DNA of 64,000 nt from Felis catus (lineage: Eukaryota), in the NCBI RefSeq assembly GCF_018350175.1, contig NC_058368.1, forward strand, positions 115,942,001-116,006,000, read 5' to 3'. Shown here piece after piece: positions 49,923 to 62,240 of this stretch. Position 1 is the first letter of the stretch. Every line of letters begins with the position of its first letter. A program made the position numbers and the translations under genes. A model generated the notes under the pieces. It searched no databases and had not been told where the DNA came from. It saw only the letters and a list, made by a program, of their open reading frames with translations.

Positions 49923-50639
49923 TGAGACCTTCATGTAAAGGACTTAAAATTATCCCTAGCACATAGTAATAATTCAACAAATATTAGTTATTTGTATAAT
50001 TTTTTTGCATTAAGCTTTTTATTTTGGGGGGGATTTAACTTTTGCAACATTAACCGTTTAATATAAAGCCAATGTTAAATTTTGGAATATGGAAAAGAAT
50101 TCATGATGCAGACAGAGGAATGGTGGTATTCTGAACAATGACACCAATGCTTTTCTGATATTTGCTTTCTGTAATTTAAAAACAGTGTACAGTTCATCTA
50201 ATAAAAAGACATCTCTTGCTATCCTAAGGGATACCACAAGGTGGCAGCATAACCAATTAATTGGCAATATTAATGTAAATAGGTGATTTTCAAACTAAAA
50301 TTTGCAAAGTCCCAGAATAGAAAGAGGGCTGTTCTTTGAAAAAAAAGCATGGTCACAGCTGACACATTACATCTATGGCTGGTGAATCAGCTGAGGTACA
50401 TCTGTCCCAATACCTCATTAGGTTGGCCAGACATCCCTGAACTTACTCATCATTCCTCCGACTCCATTTCCATCCAGCCTAAAAACCTTTTCCTCCTTCA
50501 GACCTTCCCCTGTCAGTAAATGACAGTACAACACTACCATTCACCTAACTGCTGATGGCAGAAACTTAAAGCCATTCTATTGTAGCATGGAGGTTTTGGT
50601 TGTTGATCTCTACTTCTGTTATATTACGGTAAAAAAAAA

Positions 50640-51720
50640 AAAGTTGTCTGTATGATATCAATTCTTTTGTTATTTCTTGAGACTGGCTTTGTAGTAAAAT
50701 TTTATAAGTTTTCTATGTGTACTTAAGAAGAACAAGTACTTACCCTCTTTTAGGTGAATGACTCTGGCTATATCCGTTAAATCAAGCTTGTTAATTGTGT
50801 TGTTCATATCTCCTATATCCTTATTAATATTTTGTCTGTTTGTTTCCGTAGGAAATGTGGTTAAAAAATAATCTCCCAATGTAGTTAAAGATTTGTTAAT
50901 TTCTTGCATTTCTGTCAATGACACTGTTGCTTTATATCTATTGAAAGTAGATTATAAGTTACATATAAGTTCAGAATTGCCATATCTCCTTGTTAAATTA
51001 TTTCTTTATTTTCCTTATCATTATTCCTTTTATTTTTTTAAATCTTTACTCTTAACAATCCTTTTCACCTTAAAGGGTATTTGGTCTGGCTTTAATATTA
51101 CTCTACTAACATCTTGTCGGGTAATATTTATCCATCACGTATTTTCCCATTCATTTGCTTTCAACCTTTCTATGCCTTTATGTTTTAGCTATGTCTATGG
51201 TCAACAGTATATAGCTACATTTTGAAAATTATTATCTAGTGTGAGCAGTTCTGATTTTTAACTGGCAAGTTTAATCTATTTATATATTGAAATTACTGGC
51301 ATGTTTGGACTTATTGCAACAATTCTGATACATTTTTTTTTTTTTACAATACTATTTCTTTGATTCTTCCCCCCCTTCCATCCCTTTTATTGGATTGATC
51401 TGGTTTTAATTTGTTCTTTTTCTTTGCTTCTTTGTTTTACAGTCTTCAGAGTATGTTTTTATCCTTTTTGTAATTATTCTTACATTTTTAACATGTATAT
51501 TAGAAAGTCTAAAGTTAATTTATCTACTCTCTTCCTGAACAATCAAGAGCATTAGGAAGCTTTATCTCCAATCATCCTCCCTCTCACTGTTGTTCATTGT
51601 TGTTATCTAGTACCTTCTCAAGTTAGACTCTAATATCACTGTTAATCTTGTTTACAATCAATGCTTATTTAGAGATGCTCTCATGTTTAGCGATTTTCTT
51701 GCTTCAAATGACTTTTTTGC
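50640..51720 (-). mobile_element. Old L1M fragment including ORF2 endonuclease region
   Basis: Minus ORF 50670-50924 (LGDY...RQNINKDIGDMNNTINKLDLTDIARVIH...YLFFLSTH) resembles L1 endonuclease (GDFN...RQKINKD..DLN.....DL.DIYR.LHP...YTFFS..H). Confidence 0.85.
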
Positions 51721-53760
51721 ATTACATCATTCCCTTGATTACAATCCTTCAGTAGCTTCATGTTCAAAAGAATAATATCCAAGTCCTCTGCCATAGCCTA
51801 CAGTACCCAGCATGATCTGGCCCCTCCCTGCTTCTCAAGTCTTCCCCCATGCCAGTCTTCCCCATTGCTCACTGTCCTCCAGCCACAACCATCTTCTGGC
51901 CCTGGGAAGTGGCTATAAATGAACACCAATTTCTTCCCCACCTCAAATCCTAGGCACATTCTTTTCCTTCAGTTCAGTGTGGTGTTCTTTCTATTCTTCC
52001 TATGACTCGCTCTCTCTCCTTCTTAGCTTAAGTGTAATGATCTTAAATGATCTTCTCAAAGACGTTTTCTTTTGCCACCTAGAGAGATTAGGTCCCCTCC
52101 GTCCCATAATTCTATAAAAGCACTCTGTTTATTCCTCTGTGTACTTATCACAAATCATAATTACATACTTGAATATGTGTTTCCTTGTTTGCCTGCCTCT
52201 TTGTCCAGATTGGGCTCTAGAAGAACATCACTGGGAATGAAAAGCCAGTGAGAATGAGAAACATTTTAAAAGAAGGAATTACACATTTTTATATCAAATT
52301 AGATAAGAAAGCAAATAGAAGGGAAACTTAAATGCATTTCTAAGGTTCTCCTTTGAAAGTCTGTAAGAGTAGGAATACAACTTCCAGAAACAGAAAAATT
52401 GGGAAAAGAATTCCATTTGAATGAAATTAAGAAAGGGGAAAAACTACTCCTGCTTAGAAATGTTAAGGCTAAAGTAACAGTAGGACATCAAGGTGAAAAT
52501 GTCACAGGAACAGTCAGCATTATGCTGGCGGAACATAGGTTAGTGGTCAGGACCGGTGATGCAGTTTGGGGAATAACTTATACATTTTTCATCTCTTATC
52601 AATTTAATATTCAGTTTCTCATTGAGCCATTCCAAACTGTCTGCTTTGTCCCCATTCACTCAACAAATATTCTTCCTGGCTCTGTGCTAAATGCAAGGTT
52701 ACAATAGCTAAGTAGTTAACTACAACGGATGCTATTCGTGCCCTCATGAGACTTACAGCATTAGGGGTGAGAAAGACCATTCGATAAGCCTTTGCAATAG
52801 AATATGATCCACTCTGCCGGAGGGATTAGTTAAGAGTGGTATTAGGAGCACAGAGCAGGACAAATTAACCTAGCCTGTAGAGTCAGGGAAAAATTTCCAG
52901 GGGGAAGTTGCACCTTTCTGAAACCCCAAGGAGAATAAGGAGTTCTTCAGGAAACAAGGTAGGAAGGAAAATCCCTCCCTAGAAGAAACATGTATGCAAA
53001 ATTTTAAAGGAAGAAAAAAACATACATGCTCAAGTATTCCTACTCTCTCAAGGAAATAGTCTCTATCCAGCCCTTTAAAAAAATTTAGGTTGGTTGAGGT
53101 ATAATTTATAGTTAGTAAAATTCACCTTTTAATGTGTAAAGCTCTATGAATTTTGACGAACTTACAGAGTCACGTAACCATTGCAACAAACAAAATATAT
53201 AGTATTTCTATCACCCTACAAAGTTCCCTCACACCTCCTTTTACCCCTCTTACCCTCGGCCCCCTGGCAACTGCTGATTCGATTTCTGTCCCTATATTTT
53301 TCCCTTTTCCAAATGTCACATAAATGGAATCATATAGTATGTTGTCTTTCTAATCTGGCTCCTTTCACAGAACTTAATACTTTCCAGTGATTTATGTTGT
53401 TGCTTGTATCAGCAGTTTTTTTTTTTCTTTTTATTGCTGAACAGTATTCCATTGTATAGATGTACCATGATTTGTTTCCAGTCTTTGGAAAATATGGACA
53501 AAGCTGCTATAAATATTAGCCTCAAGGTTTTCCTGTGGTATCAGTCTTCGCTTCTCTTGGGTAAATATGTTTAACTTTATAGGAAATTGCCAGACTGTTC
53601 CCCCAAACAGTCTGTATCATGTTGCATTCCCACTACCAATGTATGAGTTCCAATGTCCTGCATCCTCGTCAGCATTTGACATTATCAGCTGTTATCAGTA
53701 CTCTGGTACGAATTTAGGCTATTCTAGTGGTATCTCACTGTTACTTTGATTTGCATTTTC

Positions 53761-54003
53761 GGGGTGCCTGGGTGGCTCAGTCAGTTAAGCAACTGGCTCT
53801 TGATTTCAGCTCAAGTTGTGAACTCACAGCTTGTGAGTTTTAGCCCCGCGTGGGGCTCTGCGCTGACAGCATGGAGCCTGCTTGGGTATCTCTGTCTTCT
53901 CTTTCTCTCTCTGCCCTTCCCCACCACCCCCCCCCCCCGCCCTCCCCCCCAGCTCTCTCTCTTTGTCTCTGTCTCTCTCTCAAAAACAAATGAACATTAA
54001 AAA
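53761..54003 (+). mobile_element. Carnivore SINE with C-run
   Basis: TSD tttgcattttc. Confidence 0.92.
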
Positions 54004-54184
54004 TTTTTTTTTTGCATTTTCCTAATGACTAATAACGTCAAGCATCTTTTCATGTACTTCATGTACATCTGTCTATCTTCTTTTGTAAAGGGGCTGTTCA
54101 AATATTTTGCCTATTTTTTCTTTCTTGGATTGTTTGTGTTCTTATTATTGCATTTAGAGAATCCTTTATCAGATACGTGGGGTA

Positions 54185-54297
54185 TTTTTTTTTAAGATTT
54201 TATTTTTTAAGTAATCTCTACACCCAATGTAGGACTTGAACTCACAACCTGGAGATCAAGAGTCACATGCTCTACTGACTTAGCCAGCCAGGCACCA
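54185..54297 (-). mobile_element. Short old carnivore SINE
   Basis: gagatcaagagtcacatgctctactgacttagccagccaggcacc; TSD tcagata. Confidence 0.85.
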
Positions 54298-55076
54298 CTC
54301 AGATAAGTGTTTTGCAGTGGTTCTTCCCAGTGGGTAGCTTGTCTTTTCTTCTTCTCAGACTGTCTTACAAAGAGCAGCATTTGGGGTTTTTTTTTGCAAA
54401 GTCTAATTTATTACATTTTTCCTCTTCTACCCAGCCTTTTAAACTATTCCTTCTCATCCCTTTCCAACACGGTCTTCCTTCACTGCCTTCAGTCATGCAG
54501 AAGACTCCCACTTTTTTTTACAAAAAATCTGCACTTGCACTTTTGGACCTTTCTGCATTGTTACTGTCTGTTTTCTCTTTATTTCTCTGATAGATATTTA
54601 GAATGACTGTTCTCTGGAAGCCCCCATTTCTTTACTACTTCATCATTCCTTAAATCCCTGAAATTTTGCTTCCATTCACACCACACTACCAAAACTAACC
54701 TCTGGATGTCACCAAAAAACCTCTTACGTGTCAATCCCAAGACTATTTCCTAGACCCTAATTCTCCTCTACTGCCTTTTGACATAATCCTTTCCTTCCAA
54801 AAATTACTTTTCAACCTCTTTCAATGTTCCCAAAAAGATGATTGAAGGCTGTGTAGTTTTCCTTTAGGGATGAATTCAGTTGTTATTTAATGTCATGTCA
54901 TTTAATGTCTCGTATTTATAAGAGTTTATTTAATGAATAAAATCAACTTTTTTATTGTTCTGAATTCAGACTGAAGCAATAAATATGAAATGGGTGTTAA
55001 ATTAGTCACCGGTAACTAATTCCCTTACATGAGTTGAATATTCCCATTTGTTTTTTCAATGACTTCCTTGTCTTTT

Positions 55077-56128
55077 CTTTTTAATTAATTAATTAATTTT
55101 TTAAAAATTCACATCCAAGTTAGCATATAGTGCAACAATGATTTCAGGATTAGATGCCTTAATGCCCCTTACCCCTTTAGCCCATTCCCCCCCCCACCCC
55201 CACAACTCCTCCCGTAACCCTCTGTTTGTTCTCCATATTTAAGAGTCTCTTGTGTTTTGTCCCCTTCCCTGTTTTTATATTGTTTTTGCTTCCCTTCCCT
55301 TACGTTCATCTGTTTTGTCTCTTAAATTCCTCATATGTGGGGCGCCTGGGTGGCTCAGTCGGTTAAGCGTCCGACTTTGGCTCAGGTCATGATCTCACGG
55401 TCCGTGAGTTCGAGCCTCGCATCTGGCTCTGTGCTGACAGCTCAGAGCCTGGAGCCTGTTACAGGTTCTGTGTCTCCCTCTCTCTCTGCCCCTCTCCTGT
55501 TCATGCTCTGTCTCTCTCTGGCTCAAAAATAAATAAACGTTAAAAAAAAAATTCCTCGTATGAGTGAAGTCATATGACAGCTGTCTTTCTCTGATTGACT
55601 AATTTCGCTTAGCATAATACCCTCTAGTTCCATCCACATAGTTGCAAATGGCAAGATTTCATTCTTTTTGATTGCCGAGTCATACTCCATTGTATAGATA
55701 TACCACATCTTATTTATCCATTCATCTGTCGATGGACATTTGGTCTCTTTCCATACTTTGGCTGTTGTTGATAGTGCTGCTATAAACATTGGGGCGCATG
55801 TGCCCCTTCGAAACAGCACACCTGTATCCCTTGGATAAATACCTAGTAGTGCAGTTGCTGGGTAGGATAGTAGGGAACATCCATACTGTTTTCCAGAGCG
55901 GCTGCACCAGGTTGCATTCCCACCAGCAGTGCAAAAGAGATCCTCTGTCTCCGCATCCTCGCCAACATCTGTTGTTGCCTGAGTTGTTAATGTTAGCCAT
56001 CCTGACAGGTGTGAGGTAGTATCTCATCGTGGTTTTGATTTGTATTTACCTGATGATGAGTGATGTTGAGCATTTTTTCATGTGTCTGTCAGCCATCTGG
56101 ATGTCTTCTTTGGAGAAGTGTCTATTCA
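55077..56128 (-). mobile_element. 5'-truncated carnivore/felid L1 (ORF2 C-terminus + 3'UTR) with TSD
   Basis: ORFs [25 protein letters not shown]...HCWWECNLVQPLWKTVW and TCAPMFIAALSTTAKVWKETKCPSTDEWINKMWYIYTMEY...LEGIMLSEISQ match the L1 ORF2 C-terminus. TSD ttccttgtctttt (55064-55076, 56129-56141). Confidence 0.95.
55339..55549 (+). mobile_element. Felid SINE inserted in the L1
   Basis: TSD aaattcctcatatg / aaattcctcgtatg. Confidence 0.95.
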
Positions 56129-57075
56129 TTCCTTGTCTTTTTAAAAAATCTATATTCCCAGTGACATAAATTTCAACCCACCTTTGATAGTGATTCTTTA
56201 TTATAAATTTGAACTACTACAGCCCAAATGAGTGAAGTTTTACTCTAGCTTTCTCATTATAGTATGTTCATATACATGATATCATGTATTAGGAAGAAAT
56301 ACAATCCAGGAGCAATCTGCTGGGATTGTAGAAACTACAATCTGGGTAGAGAAACTAAAACACAATAAAATCATGGCGAGCACAGCAAAGAAATTCTAGT
56401 TTTGATTTTGCCTCATTGGAACCAGAAATAGCAACAAGTTCATTCTTGGGTATCCTGCTAATTGTCAACCGTATCCTTTCACTTGCCTGGTCTTTCTTTT
56501 TTCCCTTTTTTATTTCCTTGAATTAGCATAATGACCAGAGAGTGTGACTAAATCAAATCACCCCATTTCTCTCAACTATAGGTCAAAGTAATTGTTTTTG
56601 GTGTCCCATCCAGCATTTCTGCAAGCTTCCTTTCCACCTGCTAGAAAGTCTGCTTTCTGATGGACGGCTCCTACTTCTTTCTTCTTGGACACAGCAAAAC
56701 AGAGCAATGGCTAAAATTTTCCTGAAATTCATTAGTGCCACATAAGCCAGTCTAGGGAAATCAGTGTCCTGAAGTCTTCAATGTCTCTGTCGTGAGAATA
56801 TCAGTGCCTTCTGAGCACATTGGGAAGCAGCATGATATAGGAAAAAGAGCTTTGGAGTTAGGAAGACCCTCAATTCAGATCAATTCTGACTGCCACTTAC
56901 TAGCACTTACTAGCATTTTGACCAGTCAATAAATCCTCTGAGCATGTTTCCTCATCTGTGAAAGAGAGCTGATAACATCTACTTTAACAGGAAGCATGAG
57001 GAAAGAATCTCATACTTAGGAAGTACCCAATACATTTTGGTCCCTTTCTTCCCCCTTGTGCACAATAATTCTTTT

Positions 57076-57515
57076 TTTTAATGGTTATTTATTTATTTCA
57101 GAGAAAGAGAGCACATGCAGTGGGCTAGAGGCAGAGAGAGACAGAGAGAGGGAGACACAGAATATGAAGCAGGCTCCAGGCTCCGAGCTGTCAGCACAGA
57201 GCCTGACCTGGGGCTCAAACCCATGAGCCATGAGATTTTTTTTTTTTAAGGTTTATTTATTTTTGAGACAGAGAGAGACAGAGCATGAGTGGGGGAGGAT
57301 CAGAGAGAGAGGGAGACACAGAATCCAAAACAGGCTCCAGGCTCTGAGCAGTCAGCACAGAGCCCGATGCCGGCTCGAACTCACGGACCGCGAGATCATG
57401 ACCTGAGCCGAAGTCGGCCGCTTAACCGACTGAGCCACCCAGGCGCCCCTGAACCGTGAGATCTTGAGCTGAGCCAAAGGCAGACACTTAACCGACGGAG
57501 CCATCCGGGCACCCC
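57076..57515 (-). mobile_element. SINE nested in a SINE (inner element 57236-57450)
   Basis: Outer TSD cacaataattctttt; inner TSD gagccatgagat / gaaccgtgagat. Confidence 0.93.
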
Positions 57516-57971
57516 CACAATAATTCTTTTAATCAAGAATGAGTCTTTAAAATGTCTCCCTTTCTTGATGCGCTGGTGCAAAGCTAATCCTTTGACACTC
57601 TCCATAAGAGGCACTGACATGATGGTGAGGTAAGGGGATATACTGTCTCCTGAATATGTTTGTGTTTTCACAGAGACTCTGAGAAAAGGAACTTTTGATG
57701 CAGCAAGGGCAGCGCTAGTGGTACTTTTTGTAACATGCCCTAGGAAATCTCAAAGTTCTGTGAAGCATCTCAAGAAGTTTCTGAAAGCATAGTAACAGGA
57801 GACTTACTAGTTTCCTCCTGCTCTGTGACCTTAGAGACCGCACCTTAACAATAGGTACCTTGGCCGACAACATTCAATTGTACTATTTTGCATGGGAAGA
57901 GCATAAGGGCTCTGTAAAAATCATACAGCACCTACAAGTCTGTAAAGAAAGTTCAAGTCACTTTATATACC

Positions 57972-58174
57972 TTTTTTTTTAAGAGTATTTATTTTGGGAG
58001 AGAATGAGAGAGAGCAGGGGAGGGGCAGAGAGGGGGAAGAGAGAGAATCCCAAGTAGGTTCTGTGCTGGCAACAGAGAGCCAGACTCAGGGATCAATCCC
58101 ATGAACCACTAGATCATGACCTGAGCTGAAACTAAGAGTCGGACACTCAACCGACTGAGCCACCCAGGCGCCCC
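57972..58174 (-). mobile_element. Carnivore SINE
   Basis: Standard structure. Confidence 0.92.
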
Positions 58175-58254
58175 TATATCTTTCTTTAATCCTGAAATAT
58201 TGTACATATACTATGTGAAATAAAGTAACTTTATTTTGAAACTTATTTTTGTCC

Positions 58255-58417
58255 AGGCGCCTGGGTGGCTCAATCAGTTAAGCATCCAACTTCCGTTAAG
58301 GTCATGATCTCGTGGTTCTCGAGTTCCAGCCCTGTGTCAGGCTCTGTGCTGACAGCTCAGAGTCTGGAGCCTGCTTCAGATTCTGTCTCTGTCTGTCTCT
58401 GCCCCTCCCCCACTCGT

Positions 58418-58467
<50 letters not shown>

Positions 58468-58500
58468 AAATAAACATTTTAAAAAACTGTATAAAAAAAG
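58255..58500 (+). mobile_element. Carnivore SINE with long (CT)n
   Basis: TSD-like atttttgtc. Confidence 0.92.
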
Positions 58501-58530
58501 AAACATTTTTGTCAAATTAAGAGTACACAT

Positions 58531-58748
58531 GGGGTGCCTGGGTGGCTCAGTTGGTTGGGCGTTGACTTCGGCTCAGGTCATGATTTGTGAGTTGGAGCCC
58601 CACATCAAGCCCCACATTGGGCAGTCAGTGCAGAGCCTACTTCTTCAGATCCTCTGTCCCCTTCTCCCTCTGCCTCCCACCTGCTCACACTCTCTCTGTC
58701 TCAAAAAAAAAAAAAAAACAAAACAAAACAAAAAAAGAACCAAAAAAA
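58531..58748 (+). mobile_element. Carnivore SINE
   Basis: TSD aagagtacacat. Confidence 0.92.
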
Positions 58749-59127
58749 AGAGTACACATAATCTTTGACTATTATACTTCTATAAATCTGTCCTAGAATA
58801 TAGATAGATGAGAGATAGATATGCTTGTTGCAGTTTATTTGTACTAATAAAGCCTAGAGACCACTGGTTCATTATTATAGCCTAGTCATATGATGAAACA
58901 TTATCAACTCACTAAATAATAAACAATTAATAATGAAGTAGCAACTGCATTCCCAGAACCTTATTAAATGCTGAAGGGGAATAAAAAGAAGTATAAAGCA
59001 TGTCTTATCCAGCAGGAGCATATGACCTGGTTGGGAAGGGTCAAAGATGCACCTATCTCTGGCTTTAAATTTTGTGTCTTCCATGTGACTCAACTCTTTG
59101 ATTTGTGTTCTTGAAAAATAATCTTCT

Positions 59128-59251
59128 GGGGCCACCTGGCTGGCTCAGTTTGCAGAGCACATGATTCTTGATCTCAGGATTATGAGTTCCAGTCCTGTGT
59201 TGGGTGTGGAGACTACTTTTTTAAAAATAAATAATAAATTTAAAAAACAAA
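59128..59251 (+). mobile_element. Short old carnivore SINE
   Basis: TSD aatcttctgg. Confidence 0.85.
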
Positions 59252-59265
59252 AGAATCTTCTGGAC

Positions 59266-59501
59266 TAGGGGTCATCAAACTACAGCTGATGGGCCATAAC
59301 CCAACTCTTTGCCTATTTTTTTTCCTTGTCCATTTTTGTAAATAAAATTTTACTGGAATTCAGTCATGCCCATTCATTTGCCAATTGTCTATGGCTACTT
59401 TCCTGATACAGAGTTGAGTACTTGCAACAGAGACCATATGGCCCACAGAGCTAAAAATATGGACTAACTCTCCCTTTACAGAAAAAGTTTGTCAACTCCT
59501 G
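59266..59501 (+). mobile_element. MER58A-like hAT MITE
   Basis: aggggtcatcaaactacagc...tttgtaaataaaattttactggaa...cagagaccatatggcccaca...ccctttacagaaaaagtttgtcaactcctg. Confidence 0.8.
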
Positions 59502-59555
59502 TTGTAGGCCTTAAAAACAACAAAATAAAAAGCTTAAAATGGTTGGGAATTAAAC

Positions 59556-60114
59556 TAGATGGTTTAAAAGTATGTCCATAAATTCTTTTATATACTTTCC
59601 CTTAAAAGGTGAAGCTTAAGTCTCCTCTCTTTGAGTGGGGACCAAAACTTGGTGACTTCCTTCTAACAAATAGAGTATGGCATAAATAAGAGTGTGGGGC
59701 TTCTGAGATCATATCATAAAAGATGTTACAGCCTTCTCTTTGCTCTCGTTCAGATAACTCGCTGAGGGGAAGCCGGTTGCTATGTTGTGAGTATATCCAA
59801 GCAGTCCCACGGAGGGGTCCATGTGGCAAGGAACTGAAACTTGGTGCCAACAGCTAGCAAGGAAATAATGCCTTCTACTAACAGTATGTGAGGGAACCAT
59901 GTTAGAAGCGATCCCTCAGCTCAGGTCAAGCCTTCAATTAACGGGACCCCTAGGTGATGTTTTGACGGCAACTTCATGAGAGACCCTGAGTCAGAATGAC
60001 CCAGTTAGCCATTCCTGAATTCTTGACCCACAAAAACTATGAAACAATACATACGTTGTTTTGAGCTACTAAATTTGGGGGTAATTCGTGATTCAGCGAT
60101 AGATAACTAATACA
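59556..60114 (+). mobile_element. MLT1-like MaLR solo LTR
   Basis: gtgacttccttctaacaaatagagtatggc...ccatgtggcaaggaactga...ttcatgagagaccctgag...gatagataactaatACA. Confidence 0.8.
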
Positions 60115-60141
60115 AAGCTGAACGCTTTAGATCCTCTAGAG

Positions 60142-60353
60142 CAACGGGTCTGTAAAAAATTTTTTAAAGGGCCAGACAGTGAATGTTTTAGGTTTGTGGG
60201 TCATTTGATTCATTGCAATGACCCAACTCTGCCATTGTAGCAGGAAAAGCAGCCACACACGACACGTAAGCAAATGAGCATGGCCGTGGTCCAATAAAAC
60301 ATCATTTACAAAAACAGGTAACAGGCCTATAGGCCACAGTCTGCCAACATCTG
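60142..60353 (-). mobile_element. MER58A-like hAT MITE
   Basis: aaagggccagacagtgaatgttttagg...caactctgccattgtagc...ccaataaaacatcatttacaaaaacagg; 8-bp flanks ctctagag / gcctagac. Confidence 0.8.
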
Positions 60354-60407
60354 GCCTAGACAAACCAATTTTAATGATATCAAGCCATGATTAGAAAGAA
60401 GTGATAG

Positions 60408-60682
60408 AGGGGCCTGGATGGCTCAGTCAGTCAAGCATCTGACTCTTGATTTTGGCTCAGGTCATGATCTCACAGTTCGTGGGGTCAAGCCCGGAATAGG
60501 GCTCTGCGCTGACAGTGCAGAGGCTGTTTGGGATTCTCTCTCCCTCTCTCTCTGCCCCTCCCCTGCTCACACTCATGCCCTCACTCTCTCTCAAATAAAT
60601 AAATCAACATTTAAAAAAAAAGAAGGAAGGAAGGAAGGAAGGAAGGAAGGAAGGAAGGAAGGAAGGAAGGAAGGAAGGAAGA
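60408..60682 (+). mobile_element. Carnivore SINE with (GGAA)n tail (60623-60682)
   Basis: TSD aaagaagtgatag / aaaggagtgatag. Confidence 0.93.
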
Positions 60683-61067
60683 AAGGAGTGATAGGTGATA
60701 GAAGCCGGGGGAGTTTTCAGCTTCAAGCTGCAAAGCCAGCTACCAGGGAAACCCATGATTAGGAAAGGCAATGTGCATGATGTCACGATTCTCTTTTTAT
60801 CTTTCCCTGCTAGTTTTTGCCAAGAGGTTAGAGAAATAAAGTAATTGCAAGGGTGATGGGACTTTTCTTCTAAGAAATCTTAGGCTGAGCACTGACCAGA
60901 AAAGAGAATGAGAGAACAGAGAAGAGGAAAAAAGTGCTTTTCTCAGTTTTGCCAACCTCCTAAAACCTCTGAGCACCAGTGCCACAGCTGGTGTTTTAAA
61001 CACGCAAAGCAAGCTTATTAAGGGTGAGAGGAGGATGATTTCCCATTAACACCTGGAAATAAGAACA

Positions 61068-61156
61068 AGGGCATCTGACTGGCTCAGTCAGAAGAGTATG
61101 CAGCTCTTGATCTCGGGGTTGTGAGTTCAAGCCCCATGTTAGGTGTAGAGATTGAA

Positions 61157-61211
<55 letters not shown>

Positions 61212-61225
61212 AAACTTAAAAAAAA
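61068..61225 (+). mobile_element. Short old carnivore SINE with (TAAA)n tail (61154-61212)
   Basis: gggcatctgactggctcagtcagaagagtatgcagctcttgatctcggggttgtgagttcaagcccc. Confidence 0.88.
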
Positions 61226-61361
61226 GAAGAAGAAGAAGAAGGACCTGGTAACTGTTAGTGGAAATTAAAAAGGGATCCAAACTTTACTGAAGTCTATTTC
61301 TTAACATTATGCTGTAAGTATGTCATATTTTCTTTGCGGTCCTTAGAAGTTAGGAATGGTT

Positions 61362-61581
61362 GGGGCACCTGGGTTGCACAGTTGGTTGAGCTACTGATTC
61401 TCGATCTTAGCTTAGGTCATGGTCTCACAGTTCATGAGTTTAAGCCCTGCATCAGGCTCTGTGCTGAGGGTGCAGGGTCTGGTTGGGATTCTCTCTCCTT
61501 CTCTCCCTGCCCCTCCCCTGCTTATTCTCTCTCTCTCTCAAAAAAAAAAAATATATATATATATAAATAAACAGATAAAAA
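61362..61581 (+). mobile_element. Carnivore SINE
   Basis: TSD agaagttaggaatggtt. Confidence 0.94.
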
Positions 61582-61703
61582 AGAAGTTAGGAATGGTTCT
61601 GATCTGTAAATTCACCAAACACATCATTATAAAAGAAAAACAAACCTCATACCTACCTGGAATCACATGCTAACCATATGTCTGTTAGAAGTCATTATTT
61701 TTA

Positions 61704-61920
61704 GGGGCGCCTGGGTGGCGCAGTCGGTTAAGCGTCCGACTTCAGCCAGGTCACGATCTTGCGGTCCGTGAGTTCGAGCCCCGCGTCGGGCTCTGGGCTG
61801 ATGGCTCAGAGCCTGGAGCCTGTTTCCGATTCTGTGTCTCCCTCTCTCTCTGACCCTCCCCCACTCATGCTCTGTCTCTCTCTGTCCCAAAAATAAATAA
61901 ACGTTGAAAAAAAAAAAAAA
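61704..61920 (+). mobile_element. Young felid SINE (SINEC_Fc-like)
   Basis: TSD agaagtcattatttttag; CpG-intact body; pure A tail. Confidence 0.96.
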
Positions 61921-61999
61921 AGAAGTCATTATTTTTAGTAGCAACTCCTCAAACTGCAGGCTGACCATGCGGCCATCCAACCCCGGACCTATTGTAATC

Positions 62000-62240
62000 A
62001 TAGCTAATATTTACTGAACACCTAATAAATACCAGGTGCTGGGGTAAGCGCATTACATGCATTATTTCATAATCCTCCTAACAACCCTGTGCAGTCAATA
62101 TAATTATAATCCCCGTTTTATGGATGAGAAAAAAAATGATGCTCAGTGACTTATCCAAGGCCACTCAGCTACTAACTGGCAGAGCTAGAACTTGAACCTA
62201 GGCAGTTTACTTCTGGGGCCCATGGTCCTAACTAGCTCCC
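62000..62240 (-). mobile_element. MIR
   Basis: agctaatatttactgaacacctaataataccagg...ccccgttttatggatgagaaa...gacttatccaaggccactcagctact. Confidence 0.8.

Larger units (their letters stand above)
53080..54420 (-). mobile_element. Old L1M 3' end with two nested SINEs
   Basis: ttgaggtataattta...cccctggcaactgctgat...aaatggaatcatatagtatg...gttgcattcccact...ttgatttgcattt...ctttatcagata. Confidence 0.8.

Noticed and set aside
55523..56027. ORFs with clear protein similarity
   Set aside because: Broken L1 ORF2 C-terminus in a 5'-truncated insertion; not a host gene and not autonomous.
56272..56289. Perfect 18-bp palindrome ATACATGATATCATGTAT
   Set aside because: A 9-bp AT-rich arm is expected by chance in 64 kb.
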